Assembly (NCBI GenBank): GCA_051294375.1
Contig: CM119266.1
Location: 17,106,087-17,170,086, forward strand
DNA: 64,000 nucleotides
DNA from: Paraspadella gotoi
Lineage: Eukaryota; Animalia; Chaetognatha
Reading direction: 5' to 3'
Shown: positions 13,901 to 26,900 of the stretch, piece after piece
Layout: each line of letters opens with the position of its first letter
Numbering within the stretch: the stretch's first letter is position 1
Notes under the pieces: model-generated
Told to the model about the DNA's origin: nothing
The model's database searches: none
The model's input: the letters and a program-made list of their open reading frames with translations, nothing else
Translations under genes and position numbers: made by a program

Positions 13901-16900
13901 GTTTTTGTACTTGATCATTCTGTCCAAAAATTGATACAGTCTTCTTGTCTATTTTTCTCTCAATAAAATCTACTTTGGTTTCATGTCGAAATCCCTGTCT
14001 TCTTACTTAAATGTGGTGGCAGCGGTATGATTCGAACCCTCGCCTCCTAAGAGATTGAAATCCCTGTCTTTTAACTTAAATGAGAGGAAACACTGTTGGA
14101 ATCAAGCATTTTTATCATAATTTTTTCCATGGGCGTTTATAAAGTTTGGTAGTCAGATTTGAAAAAAAATCTCTATTGAAAAAATATTTCTCAATTTCTA
14201 AGAGCGACGTAGATTACTATAACTTATAAGATAGATTAGATTGGGTTACTTACTCTTTCAAGAGTAGGGTGATCATTGTCTGTATTCCAAGGTTCTTTCT
14301 CAGTATTTTTGTTCTTCTCAAAATTCCAGAAAAGTCTTTTGCCATGAATATTTTTCTGATTTCGAGACCAGTTTAACAGTAACGTCGCAGAATCGTCAGA
14401 GTCATCTTCACGACTTTCGCTCACGCTTACGTCTTTTAAAGCCGTCTTGTAAAATCTAAATTTGGAAGACTCCTTCATATTTTAGATGTTGATTTGCATA
14501 AATAGCCAAAAACATCCGCTTCGACTGAAAATGTGGGAGTGCAGCCACCGAAGGCTTGTACAATGAACAGATTGCATATGCAGTCAAAAATAAGCCAGTC
14601 GCTGCTAAACGCGGAACTTTAAAGTGTAAAACTTTAATGAGAACTAAAAACGGTGAAGGCGACGCGTAAAGTTCCAGTCTAGATGAAACTTTTAACTTTA
14701 AATTTAAGCGACCAGCAACACTATGAATAAAGAAAAAACTACAGGGTATATTAGACAAAGGGTTTCATTATCGATATGAAATTGGTACAACTATATATTA
14801 TCCAAAGTTAGTTTCGATATAGTTATGAACTCCATGTCAGGTGAAGTCTAAATTGAAATGAGGCTCTAATTTTCTCCGCTCTCTTTCTACTTTTATTTGT
14901 AAGGCAGTCGACGCTTGGCTTAAAGAGTTTTCTATAATATTTTTTTCTTTCGATGAGAAAAGAATATATTTGTATCAATAATGACATTATGGCAACGGGA
15001 GGATAGCCTGTGATACCCGGGGCGCGGGGTATCTCACCAACTGGCGTAGGGGCTGCGGACCCTCAGTGACCGCCTCCTGTCACTGGCATGTTTATACCGG
15101 CACCGTCACATTTAAGCCAGAACCGGGATACCCAGGGATTGAACCCGGGACGCACGGATGGAATGAGATGATTTAGCCTACTCAGCCATTGAGACGAGGC
15201 TGAGGACGGACAGCAGTGAGGCAGCTTTAAGTCTTGCTGCCACAACATTGTCATTTTTTAAAAATTTCTGATCTGTAACGGTTCATGATCAATTAAATTA
15301 AAAATGAATTAATTTGGTTGACGAGCGAGCGGGTCAAACTTTTTTTCGTATTTTAAAAAAAATAATAATCAGAGTTTTGGAAAGAAAGTTCGCAGCAGTC
15401 GATCCGGTACCTGCATTGCCGCATGGCTCCGGCTCCGGCTCCGGCTTTGCATTCTGATGTAGGACATAAGTATCTTCATTGGCAGAAGTGTGAACCGGTG
15501 ATTTCTCGCTTGTAATCTCTAAAAAACAGAATTATTATCATATTGTTCAGAGAGATCCATATTTTTTTTATTTATAAAACGGGCATTTTTCGGCTGCACT
15601 GATGAAGGCTACATTGACATTGTACCCGAAACATGCTGGCTTTAAAATAAACTACATGATCTCAGTCTTTAGCATGAGATATCTCCAGCTTAGATATCAC
15701 ACCAAAAAAAGGTACAAATTAAAATAATTATGCTGTATTTTTAATGGATAAGTAAACTAAATCTGTAAATATTACACATACTCAGAGACCACCATAAATT
15801 ATCCTAAACCATTTCTTTATTTAAAACATTGTAAAATTTATCATCACTGATCATCTGATTAGCTGAATAGTTAAACTATATTGGCAAGATCGGACGTTGT
15901 CTTCATAAACTTGTTTTTTACTTAATAGAGACGAAATACCTGGCCGAGGCTGTTCATGGCTAAGGGTTGCACGGCGTTTTTCCTGTTCGCCTCTTTGTTC
16001 AAGTACACCGTGGTAAGCAAGGTTGGACGAAGTTACTGTATAATAAAAAAATTAATAATTGACGATCGTGACTTGACGAAATATATAGACTGCCGCATTT
16101 GTATTCTTTTTAAAATTCCCTAAAATTATTTTTGTTTACCTGTATTAGCCGTGAGTCTCCGGGTTTCAGGATCATCGGCAACTTCGATTTTTTTCCCTTT
16201 TTGTTTTTCAAAATCGGCGTGATATTGAACCTAAATAAATAATATCAAAATGTATAACGATAAAGTTCTTTAGATATAATTGAGATGCTAAAACTATAAA
16301 GAACAAAAGACAAAATTCCGATGCAGCAACTAAAAACAAAATTCGACAGGTTCCTTCCCGTTTAGTAAAAAAAAAACAAAAGAGTAGCATTAAAGGTCTT
16401 ATGGTACCTTATCTTCATACCAAATATGAATTTAATTGATAAAGAATTAACCAAGTTATAAGTATTTTTAACGTAATTGGGACAGACTGACTGACAGACA
16501 TACAGACCGAGAGACCGACCACAAAGTGACTTATAGAGTTGCTCCGCGCAAGTAAAAAATTCCTTAGTTTCATTAGGTTGGTCAAAAAAGCAAAAAACTA
16601 AGCTAAAAATTAAAAATTAATATTTAAAATATGTTTTTTTTACCACTTTAATGAAATAATTTTTAAAAATAAGTTATACTTTCTATCAACTTTTTGCAAC
16701 GAATATTATATATTATATATATTATATATATACATATATATAGCATTCTGGGACCCAGTAATGTATAAAATTTAAAAATAAATCTATCATAGTGTTATTA
16801 CGGGTTTTTATTTTTATGAAGTTTTATTATTTTCACATCACTCTATTAAAGAGTCGTGATCTTTAATAAAAACAAGTTTTAGCAAACAATGTCCGATCTG

Positions 16901-19900
16901 CCTACGAAAATTAATTAATTAATTAATCGATTAATTAATTAATTAATTTTCATATTTATAATTAATTATAAATTTACATACAGCTTATCATCATCGATGT
17001 CCTTAAAATAAAGTAAATGTGACTTATATTTTTTCCATTTAAACTCATTTCCACTGGCACAATTCCGTCAAAACTTTATATCTAGCTTCTTCACAAACTT
17101 TCCTTCCCGCTCTCAAAATTTCATCTCATTCTATTATGGGTTAAAATAAGTAAAAAGATTCAAGTAAATGTGACTCATATTTTTTTCATTTAAACTCATT
17201 TCCACTCGTCCCGAAACTTTATATCAAGCTTCGTCACACATTTTCCTACCCACACACAAAATTTGAACTCAATCTATCCATCCAATTATGATTAATTAGA
17301 GTATTTATTGGTTAAAATAAGTAAAAAGATTTTAGTAAATGCGACTTATGTTTTTTCCATTTAAACTCATATCCACTAACACGATTCCGTCGAAACTTTA
17401 TATCTAGCTTCATCACCCATACACAAAATTTCATTCCGATCCAACCAGCCAATCACGAGTTATTGGGGCTTTTTGCTAAGGTGGGACGGATGGACAAATT
17501 GATTGACTGATTAATTAATTAGTGATTAATTAATTGAATAATTGATTAATTAACTAATTAATTATTTGATTTATTAATACATCCTGCATATACATTTAAT
17601 ATAAAAGGAAAAAAAATCATAATCAATTAATAAAACAGTTTTTTGTTTTTTTTCCATTTAAACTCATTTCCACTCAAGCGATTCCATCGAAACTTGGTTT
17701 CCTGTTCAATCACACTTTCCTACTCACATACAAAATTCCAGGTCAATCGCCCATCCACTCATGAGCAATTGGTGTTCAAATAGTGAATTATATTTTTTGG
17801 TTTTTTCCATTTAAACTCATTTCCACTCGGATGATTCCATCGAAACTTTATATCCAGTTCAATCACACACTTCCCTACCCACACACAAAATTTAATTCAA
17901 ATCCATCCATCCAATCACGAGTAATTGGTGTTTTTTGCTAAGGGGGGAGGGACGGACGGACGGACGGACATTTTTTTTGCATAATTTATCGTTGTATTAA
18001 TCATTTCTTTTGTTGTTTGTTGAGATTAATTAAAAACGAAAATTTCGTGGAACAACAATAATTTATCATAATTCGATATTCTGACATGATATAAGTTAGT
18101 GCCCGACAATATTGAGGGGGTGGACCGACGACCGACAAAGTGAATTAATAGAGTCGGGATCTGCTGATAAGCACATCCGACTAAAAACCTATCATGCTAT
18201 TTTGCCTCACCTGACTCTGTATCCTTGTATTTTCGGAAAGTCGACGAGCTTCTGGTGTATCAGTCACAGTTGTAAATCGCATCGATGGATAGTGACTACA
18301 AAAAATTTTAAAAAGATTTGTTTTTAACAACAGAGAAAAACTTTTTTAATCAAAGAATGAATGCAAGAATAATTCATGATTCGGTTCACAACTCATTGGT
18401 CTATTGTCTGTCTATTTGTGTCGCTTACGTTTTGAATGGCAATAACTCATAATTAAGGTTAAAACGAAATTCTGGGATAACGTGGCGTATTGTATGCAGC
18501 CATAAAAAAAAGAATTGGTGATTAAAATCATCATCAACATTATGGTTTTTTCATAAAAAAAAAAAAAAATCAAAGCAAAATAATATTTGGTAGTTAGGAT
18601 ATGACTAAATACAGGATAATGAGTGAAAATTCATGTATAAAGTAAATTTTTATTCTTATAAACTATTTCATCTGTTTATTTGTCCACCCCTCATATCTTG
18701 TCGGTAAATTATTTGGTACATTTTAGAATACTGAATAATAAAAAAATAACCAAAAAAATTTCCCTTTTTCCATACATCTATTTTTAAACTTGGCCTGTCA
18801 TGACACTTGAGTGAACTGATGGATTAACCGAAATTTTATGTGTGGCCAGAGAAGAGGTTAATTGAGCTTAATCTTAAATTTTGATAAAATCATGCTGGGA
18901 AAAATCGATTTAGGTAAAAAATAAAAAATAATTTTAACCATCATTTAGAAAAAATAAAAAAATGCTGCATAACAACTGTTTGAGCCTCTCTCGATTTGTT
19001 GTACTTTTTTTATTGGCTGACTTTCAATCAAAGGATATTAGGATTTTAGAACTGGTTAGTAAGTTTATTTATAAACAAATTGGCGACGAAGAATGGAGAT
19101 AAAAGTTGAGTTTATAAAAACGATGGATAAAATTATTGAATTTAATTTCGATGTTAACAATTTTAAAATAATTTTAAAAATGAGATTAAAATTAAACCAT
19201 TAACGCTGAGTTAAAAGCATTTAACGTCCGGGTTGTGAAACAACTCCTGGATAGGCGATAGTGATACTAATTAAAAAAGAAATAGTGGTGGCTACTTTTT
19301 TGTGCCGCAGACTACTTTCATTTTACTTCACTGGCGCCGTCGCCAGGGCCCTGGTAACATCGCCATGGCGAAGTCGCCAACTAACTAGAAACACTGTTTG
19401 TTTCTAAAATATACATTACAATTATCATTAATTTTTTTTTTTATCCATCATGACCTCCACATTATTATTTACCAGTTTTACTATATGAATTTACTGTTTT
19501 GTAATTGATAAGCAAAAAAAAATATTCAATAACTTACGCGTTGCAGTATGGTTCTCTTTTGAAGCCTTTGTAATTCTTCATGTTAAGGGTCAAATTGCAT
19601 GTTGTGCATTTAAAACAACCTTTGTGCCATATCTGAAAGTTAAATGTTTTTATATTATACAAACATTATTTTTTTTTATTTTTAGAACTTAGTTTGAAAA
19701 TTTTAGAACTAAATTTTACCATTTACGTATGTATAATGTAATGGTAGCATTCTTATTGCTTCCAGTTCCAGCCATTCATCCTTCGTTAAATTTGTATATA
19801 TATATATATATATTACCAGAAATTGAATCGACTATTAGAAAAATTATTAGAGCTTTTTATTGAAACAATCTGAAGCAAACAACGCCGGGTATCCTAACAA

Positions 19901-22900
19901 TCACTGAGCAATAAGCAGCTGATGATAAGTTAATTTTGGTTTTATATTTTTTTTAGTCGGATCTGCTTATCAGCAGATTCACTTTGTCGGTCCGTCGGTA
20001 CCACCCCAAAATATTGTCGGTAAATCATTATTATCATATCAGAACCTCGAATTATGATAACTTATGCAAAAAAATGATGTCCGTCCATCCGTTCGTCCCC
20101 CCTTAGCAAAAAACTCCAATTACTCGTGATTGGATGAATGGATTGGTATGAAATTTTGTGTGTGGGTAGGAAACTGTGTGATTGAGATGGATATGAAGTT
20201 TCGATGGAATCGTGCGAGTGGAAATTGGTTTAAATGGAAAAAACAAAAAAATCTATTTCACTATTTGAACGCCAATTTCTCATGATTGGATAGGGCAATT
20301 GACTTGAAATTTTGTATGATAGTAGGAAAGTGTGTGATTGAGCTGGATATAAAGTTTCCATGGAATTGTGCGAGTCGAAATGAGTTAAAATGGAAAAAAC
20401 AAAAGTTATATTTACTTGAAGTATTTTTACTTTAATTTACTCATAATTATTATGTTTATTAAAAAATGGATAGATAAAATTAGAAAACCAAAAGACCCAT
20501 TTATTTGAATTTTTTAAAGTTTCTCTCTCTCTATCTCTCTCTGATTGATTGATTAACCAAATTATGCCAATTGACAAAAATATGCCAGTTGACCAAATTC
20601 TGAAAGTAGACCAAATTATGCCAGTTGACCAAATTCTGCAAGTTGACCAAATTATGCCAGGTGATAAAATTATGCCAGTTGACCAAATTATGCCGGTTGA
20701 CCAAATTATCTTAATTGACCAACTTATGTCAGTTGACCAAATTATGTCAGTTGACCAAATTATGTCATTAGACCAAATTATGTCAGTTAACCAAATTATG
20801 TCAGTTGACCAAATTATGCAAGTTGATTAAATTATGCAAGTTGACTAAGTTACCTTATTACCACTTAATTATCGTAGGCAGATCCGACATTGTTTGCTCA
20901 AACTTGTTTTTTGTAATTCTTTTCTTAAATTTCTGAAGTAGCAGTAAAAAAAACAGCATTTTATTTTTGCTTAACACGCCTGCTCGTAGTAAGTACCATT
21001 GGGGATCAATCCCGGTACATAATCTGATGGTATTAATCAACGAGCCATCAGATCACGATTGAAGGTGTTGTGCTAATTGTTATGCTAATATATATAATAG
21101 ACGGGGATAACTTAGAGCAATGCCCGACTACAGAATTCTAAAACAAGTTTGAGCAATCAATGCCGAATCTGCCCACGATCATTAGCGCTATTTAATTAAT
21201 TAAAATTAATTAATCAATTAGTCGATTAATCAATCAATTAATTAATTTTATCCGACGTTTGTTTTTAGGTCTTTTCGTCAATTATCAATTATATATTGAT
21301 TAATTAATGGACTAATTGATTTATTAACTGATTAATATTTGATTAATTAATACGTCTTGCATTTACATTTAACATAAAAAGAAAAAGAAGCATAATCAAT
21401 TAGTGAAACAGGTTTTTTCATTTAAAATCAGATCCGGCATTTTTTGCTCAAACTTGTTTCTTATAATTATCTTTTTATCTTCAAATTGAATAAAAAAGAA
21501 TTAAGAGCAAGCAAGTTTCAGCAAACAATGTCGGATCTGCCTACGATAATTTAGCGGTAAGCTGCTAACCAGATGATAAAGCATGATGAGTGTTTTAATT
21601 TATGATCATCATATATTACAACAGATCATAACATAAAACCAAAATTCATAGTATTGTGATCTTGCCAGCAAAATTATTTTTAAAATAAATTCATGAAAAA
21701 AAATATAAATTCAAGATTGTTTTTTTACGATCATCTCTTCCCAATCTTCACTTCTTGATTGTTGATTCACAATTATTAAAGCGATGTTATCTAAGGATTT
21801 ATCAATGCAACGATAACGATTTATTGATGCGATAATAATAGATACGATAATAATCGATCATTAACGTGATGATAATCGATCATTAATAACATCCATGATG
21901 GAATCGGAACCAGAAATGGAATCGGATTCGTGACTCAGATGAATAGACAGAGAGCGAGAAACATCATAATTATGTAGTGTCTTTTGTCCGATGCCTAGAC
22001 GATCGTATGGACTCAACCAGTGGCAGTGACGTAAAATGTTTTCTCTTCCCGATTGATCTGTTGCTTTTTGATTCGTTTTCCGTGTTTCGATTTATTCAGT
22101 AGAACGACGTCAACAACAACGACAACAACGACGTCAACGTTGGCGCGGACATTATAAAATAACAGATTTCTTAATAAATCAATTAGTAAATTTCTTAATC
22201 ATTTAACCAAATTAATAATGAATCAATCAATCAATCAGAGAAAGAGTGAGAGAAACTTTTAAAAATATAAATAAATGTGTTTTTTGGTTTGCTAATTTAA
22301 ACTTTTTTCCACTCCTACGTTTCCATCAACAATTTATATCCAGCTTAATCACATAATTTTCTACCCACACACAAAATTCCATTTTAAATTATCTATCAAT
22401 TTTTTTATAAATATAATAATTATGAGTAAATATAAGTAAAAAATTTGTAAGTAAATGTGACTTTTGTTTTTTCCATTTAAACTCATTTCCACGCTCACGA
22501 TTCTATAAAAACTTTATATCGAGCTCAAGTCTCAAGCACTTATTTTCCTACTCTCACAAAAAATTTTATTCCAATCCATCCATCCAATCAGGATTTATTG
22601 GAGTTTAATGCTAAGGGGGGGACGGACAGGCAGACGGACAGACGGACATTGCATAATTTATCATAATTCGATGTTCTGATATAATAAAACTTATTTCCCG
22701 ACAAGATTTTGGGGAGGGACCCACGGACCGATCAAGTGAATTATACTTATAGTGTCTTATAGTGTCAGAATCTGAGATGAGCAGATCCGACTAAAAATGG
22801 CCTTATTTTCTAAAGTGTATTTAATTTTCATTGGCCCTGAATCCTGTTTGTCAATTAATTCTTTCTATTTTTTTTTCATTTAAATGTTAGAATCAAGCTT

Positions 22901-23115
22901 ATAAATATAATTTCTCCATAATTTAGTATTTACATCCAAATCTGTGAGTTAAAAAAAAAAGACGGTGCTATTTGCGTTTTCACCAGGTCGACGAAAAAAT
23001 TTTCCCGGAAACACATGTAAACAAAAGATATTCTCGAGGAAATGCTTACCTTATCTAAACAATTTATTTTTTCGGTCGGGTAGACAACCTTTTCGCATCT
23101 TCCACACAATTCCAT
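1983..23115 (-). CDS. LASP1: LIM and SH3 domain protein (LASP/nebulette family), 9 coding exons
   Basis: Phase-consistent GT-AG exons: 23050-23115 ([22 protein letters not shown]), 19538-19632 ([32 protein letters not shown]), 18211-18295 ([28 protein letters not shown]), 16140-16230 ([26 protein letters not shown], nebulin repeat), 15940-16035, 15411-15518, 5899-5981, 2486-2596 ([37 protein letters not shown]), 1983-2048 ([21 protein letters not shown]). Confidence 0.95.
2626..2876 (+). mobile_element. HINE family A, 5' partial copy
   Basis: tttagccggatctg...agattccggc head, gtccgtctgtc microsatellite, conserved core gaaattttgtgtgtggg. Confidence 0.65.
6040..6215 (+). mobile_element. Palindromic Penelope-type pLTR remnant with degenerate hammerhead motif
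   Basis: Long inverted arms (gaattattacatcgattttattgacatgacaagttg / cgacttatcatgtcaattaaaccgttgtaataattc) enclose (a)tgatga...gtcgaaacatgtc, followed by the family tail caacgaaaagaaag. Confidence 0.55.
6595..7372. mobile_element. MITE with aagggtcattca-type TIRs
   Basis: Termini aagggtcattcaac / gttgaatgacctt; an inverted homolog lies at about 31015-31782. Confidence 0.55.
8632..9805. mobile_element. Non-autonomous hAT-like DNA transposon
   Basis: TIRs tagagattccttaaccgttaa / ttaacggttaaggaaacta; 8-bp TSD ctttgagg (8624-8631) / ctctgagg (9806-9813); partial inverted copy at about 40640-41152. Confidence 0.7.
9919..10446. mobile_element. MITE (Tc1-like TIRs)
   Basis: ctacggcgcaaaaaaaaaagta at the left end and tactttttttttacgccgcag at the right end; the same right end recurs at about 19280-19312. 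Confidence 0.5.
10480..14478 (-). CDS. Divergent synaptobrevin/VAMP-like R-SNARE with long C-terminal tail, nested in a LASP intron
   Basis: Exon 11925-12158 ([60 protein letters not shown]...[10 protein letters not shown]) aligns by eye without gaps to the VAMP SNARE motif. It splices in phase 0 to 10480-11074 ([11 protein letters not shown] plus hydrophilic tail), completing one TM helix. Upstream exons (14254-14478, open frame 13994-13653) and the last exon are tentative. Confidence 0.65.
11594..11800 (+). mobile_element. tRNA-derived SINE-like repeat
   Basis: A-box-like ggtagctcattg and B-box-like ggttcaat; the head gctcattgagtaaagcc is shared with 45670-45790 (-) and 50745-50860 (+). 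Confidence 0.45.
12195..12980 (+). mobile_element. HINE family A, complete copy
   Basis: 5' ttttagtcggatctgc plus adjacent IR, GTCC microsatellite, internal ~150-bp repeats, 3' subTIR gtagatccgac, gtttactcaaac hairpin, then a T run. Confidence 0.75.
14014..14056 (-). pseudogene. 3'-half tRNA-Leu retrocopy ending in CCA, with 26-bp target-site duplication
   Basis: Minus strand reads aatctcttaggaggcgagggttcgaatcataccgctgccaCCA (variable arm, T arm, acceptor of eukaryotic tRNA-Leu). Direct repeats at 13988-14013 and 14057-14082 are 24/26 identical. Confidence 0.75.
14988..15244 (-). mobile_element. Solo LTR with internal tRNA-like Pol III promoter
   Basis: Minus strand runs TGTGGCAG...TTGCCATA with a 4-bp TSD acat; internal tggctgagtagg (A box) and ggttcaatccc (B box). 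Confidence 0.65.
16868..18187 (-). mobile_element. HINE family A, complete copy with expanded internal tandem units
   Basis: Both family termini are present in reverse orientation, with several tandem copies of the ccatttaaactcatttccact unit. Confidence 0.75.
19951..20911 (+). mobile_element. HINE family A, complete copy carrying an 18-bp minisatellite
   Basis: Family termini present; gttgaccaaattatgcca array at about 20552-20845. Confidence 0.75.
21511..22797 (-). mobile_element. HINE family A, complete copy
   Basis: caagtttcagcaaacaatgtcggatctgc ... gcagatccgactaaaaa. Confidence 0.7.
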
Positions 23116-23914
23116 AGTTAATATATGGTTGCAATTGTAAGGATTTCGAAAATAGTTAAAAATTTAAGGAGAATTGACTATGTTACGAGGTTTTTTTTGA
23201 TTAACCAAGAGCCCCATTTACGAGATTAAATTCTTAGAGATTCTCACAGAGTTGAGATTCTGACGAGGAAAGTTTGTAAAATACCTTTTAGCCAATAACT
23301 GGAAATATATTTTTTTCTAGGTTGGAACTTTAATGATTGTACAGAGGTTTGTTGCGGCATGAGACCATCAACCAGGTAGGATGGCGGTAAACTCAGGCCA
23401 GCTTTACCAGAGCCTTCGAAAAAAAGTGAGTCTTAAGAGAGAGATACGAGAGGCGCTTTAAAACGAATGTAAGAGTGACAAAAGATTTGTGTCGATTCCG
23501 ATGCTTCTGGGATCATTGTTATCATTGTTATCATCGGATAAGTAGTAAGGTGGGCCAGGACTTTTCTCTTTTTATCATTAGGAGTTCTGCTATATTAACT
23601 TTTATTTATTAAATTTCATTGAATTTTTATTTTATTTTATTGAGCTAGTATTTTGTAATAAAGTTTTATCAGTTCAAAGAAACGTATTTTAGATAAGTCC
23701 ATATGAATTCATTTGAAGCCTTCAGGGAAATTTTTTCATGTCCTTATATTATATATACTAAGAAGTGAATCCAGTCTGCTCTAATATTCAACTATCGAAT
23801 ACAAATAGAACTTCTTATAATCGTTTCGTTTTAATATTTTAATAAATAAATGTTACAATGCTATACAATAGTATAAATGTACATTATTTAACCAATCTTC
23901 TAAATTTCTATATC

Positions 23915-26900
23915 TTATATATTTTGATGCTTATTTCCATATTTTTCTTGAAAGTAAAGTTCAGCTTGGCCAACTGTCGGCACAATTGATGGTTCTCCAG
24001 GACGCCAATTCATTGGACAGACCTCCCCATGCTCATCCGTGTACCGATAGGCCTGCACCAGACGTAAGGCTTCATCCTTAATCGTAATAAAAAAAAAGTA
24101 GAATCCGTCAAGAATTTAAGAGACTGCATGCAAGCTCCCTAAACTTTATAACTATTTATAACTATTTTGATATTCAACTTACACTACTATTTATAAATAT
24201 GGCCCAAATTCAATATTACGCAGTATTATATATTTATTATATTATTCGTTATTTCAAGACTTCGTGATCTCCTATTCAAATTTTGAAATGCAATTTTAAC
24301 TACGGCTTATTCCTTATTCCTGTGCTAAAAATCAAGAGTGTAATTTTAGACTTAGTCACTCACGATGCATCTGCCAACCGCCAAATCGTTGATGGTGATC
24401 TGCCTCAAATTTCCAGCAGGATCAACGAGAAAAACTCCTCGAAAGGCAATACCCTCGTCTTCCTTCATAACGCCCCAACGACGTGCTATCTCTGCCGTTT
24501 TGTCGGATAGTATTGGGATTTGCATAGACCCCAAGCCTAAAAGTTTTAAAATTAAGTCTAGATTCGTTTTATGAAAATTAACTGGACTGTAAAAATTTTC
24601 TTCATTTAAAAATGCTTCTTTGTTTGTTTTTTTTCCAAGAAACCTTTTGAACTTTTAACTTATCCTTTGGCTTTGAAATTTAGTGTTACGAGATGCAAAT
24701 TTTCTGCGTCTCTAAAAATTATTGTATGAAGCTGAAAATATAGATATGGTTTCTCATTATAATCATATTCACAGTAATTATAATAAAAAATACAAATATT
24801 TGGAAAATTTAGATACGGCTTCTCTCATCAATACAGTTATGCGTATATACATTTTTTTTATTCGTACAATCATTAGTTTGTTTTATTTAAACAAGTTTGA
24901 GCAAACAATGTCGGATCTGCCTACGATAATTAAGTGGTTATAAGCTAACTTGGTCAACTTGCATAATTTAATCAACTTGCATTATTTGGTCAATTGGCAT
25001 AATTTGGTCAACTGACATAATTTCGTCAGCTGGCATAATTTGGTCAACTAACATAATTAGGTCAACTGACTTAATTTGTTTAACTGACATAATTTGGTTA
25101 ATTGACATAATTTGTTCAAGAGACATAATTTGGTCAACTGACATAATTTGGTCAATTAAGATAATTTGGTCAACCGGCATAATTTGGTCAACTGGCATAA
25201 TTTTATCAACTGGCATAATTTGGTCAACCCGGCCGGGCTTTGTACTTTGCTTAGTACTTTGCTATGCCCGACTACAGGACGTTGACGATATGGTCAGGTC
25301 ATTAGCCTGTTGAGAGGTTGAGAGGATATAGTTGTAGAGTTTGAGCTCTTTCTTACACTTACTTTCACTTTAACTTTACTTAACTATCCCTCACCATTTA
25401 TTCTTCCATTTCATATTTCACTTTAATTCACTAACTAATTTAATTTATTTTCTTGTTGTTAAAAATTAGTTTATCTTTAAGTTTGTTAATTTAATTTATT
25501 CTACTATATCTCTGTTGTACATTACCAAATGTATTGATGTTAATTTCTCTCTCTCTCTCTCTCTCTCTCTCTTTTCATTTTTCAAAAAATTTACTTCTCC
25601 TTCCCTTTCCTCACCTTCAGCTGTTCTCACATCTGACCACTGTCCCTTACCCAACTCTTTGTTGGAAACTCTCTCTCTCTCTCTCTCCAAAACTCAACTT
25701 TAACAGTGAAAAAATTGTTGATTTCAAAACTGCTGATGATATGAAGGCTCTAATCCTTGTGAGCCGAAACGTGTCTTGACTTAAAACTTTGTCAATAAAA
25801 TCGTTGTTTAAAATTCAAAAACTGTTTTCTCCTTAATACCTAACTGCAACGAAAAGAGAGTCAATACACAAAGGTTAATTATAATAGTTTTTTTAGGATT
25901 TTGACCCACCTAATGAAATAATTTTCTAAACTTTTCTTGAGAAATTCGAATCTCTCTCAAAAATACGAAAAAAACATTTTAAAATTTTGACATTTTCATG
26001 GGCAACGCGAAAATTGACAAATAAATTTTTTTTTAATGCTCACAGTTACAAGTCTGTTCATGATTCGACTTGATTTTAATAATTTTGCTACGCTTAATCC
26101 AAAACGAAGCAGTATGAGCTGAGTTATAAACATTTTAAACGTTAGTGGCACAAACAAACGGACTGACAAATGGGACCATCTGAACGACCAACAGACCGAC
26201 AAGTGACTAATCGCTGTGGAAAACCAAAACGGAACGAAGACAGGACGTGACCCGAGATCCCGAGAAAATCTGATCCAAGGGGTCTGGGCGATGTAAGGCA
26301 CTGGACACTTTTCCGAACTGTACTGGATACTGGATAGTGTATATAGTATAACATGGGAGTGAATAAACGAGACTGTGAGAGAGTCTTGATTGAAAGCTTG
26401 CAGGGACCTGCTATGTCATTATCTTGTAAGAGTGATGGAGGCCTGAAACCACCAAAGCCTGTCCAAAGTCAGGGGCAAGAGAGCTTATTTATTAAATGAA
26501 TGGATAATTTTTATATTGGTTGTACCAATTTCATAATGTAGAATTTTAACTGTCTTTATTAAGAATGACCTCCTTTGCTTCTGGGCGTATTAATCCAAGC
26601 AAGGTGAGAATAATGAGAATCAGTACTGCAGGCAACGACTGCACAGTTCAGTGTCTCAAACTCGGCACTGCGGTCACTGAAGGCCACCAACTCCGTGGGA
26701 CATACGAAAGTAAAGTCGAGGGGGTAGAATAGGAAAAGCAGCCATCGACCAAGATAATCCTCCATAGCTATTTCTTTGAAATCTCCATGGACAACGGCCT
26801 AAATATTGCAAACAAAATATCAATTAATGATTATTAGCCGACATACATCATTTTATTTTGTTTTGGCCTGGGCATCCCGTTTTTGCCTAAATGTGACGGG

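Noticed and set aside
19331-19382. GC-rich short palindromes (ccagggccctgg, tcgccatggcga); similar GC patch at 42665-42742
   Set aside because: Probably transposon end fragments; too short to classify.
20549-20830. VDQIMP-repeat ORFs (also 24968-25216 and 40191-40453)
   Set aside because: Translation of an 18-bp minisatellite inside HINE copies; there are no unique spacers, so it is neither a CRISPR array nor a gene.
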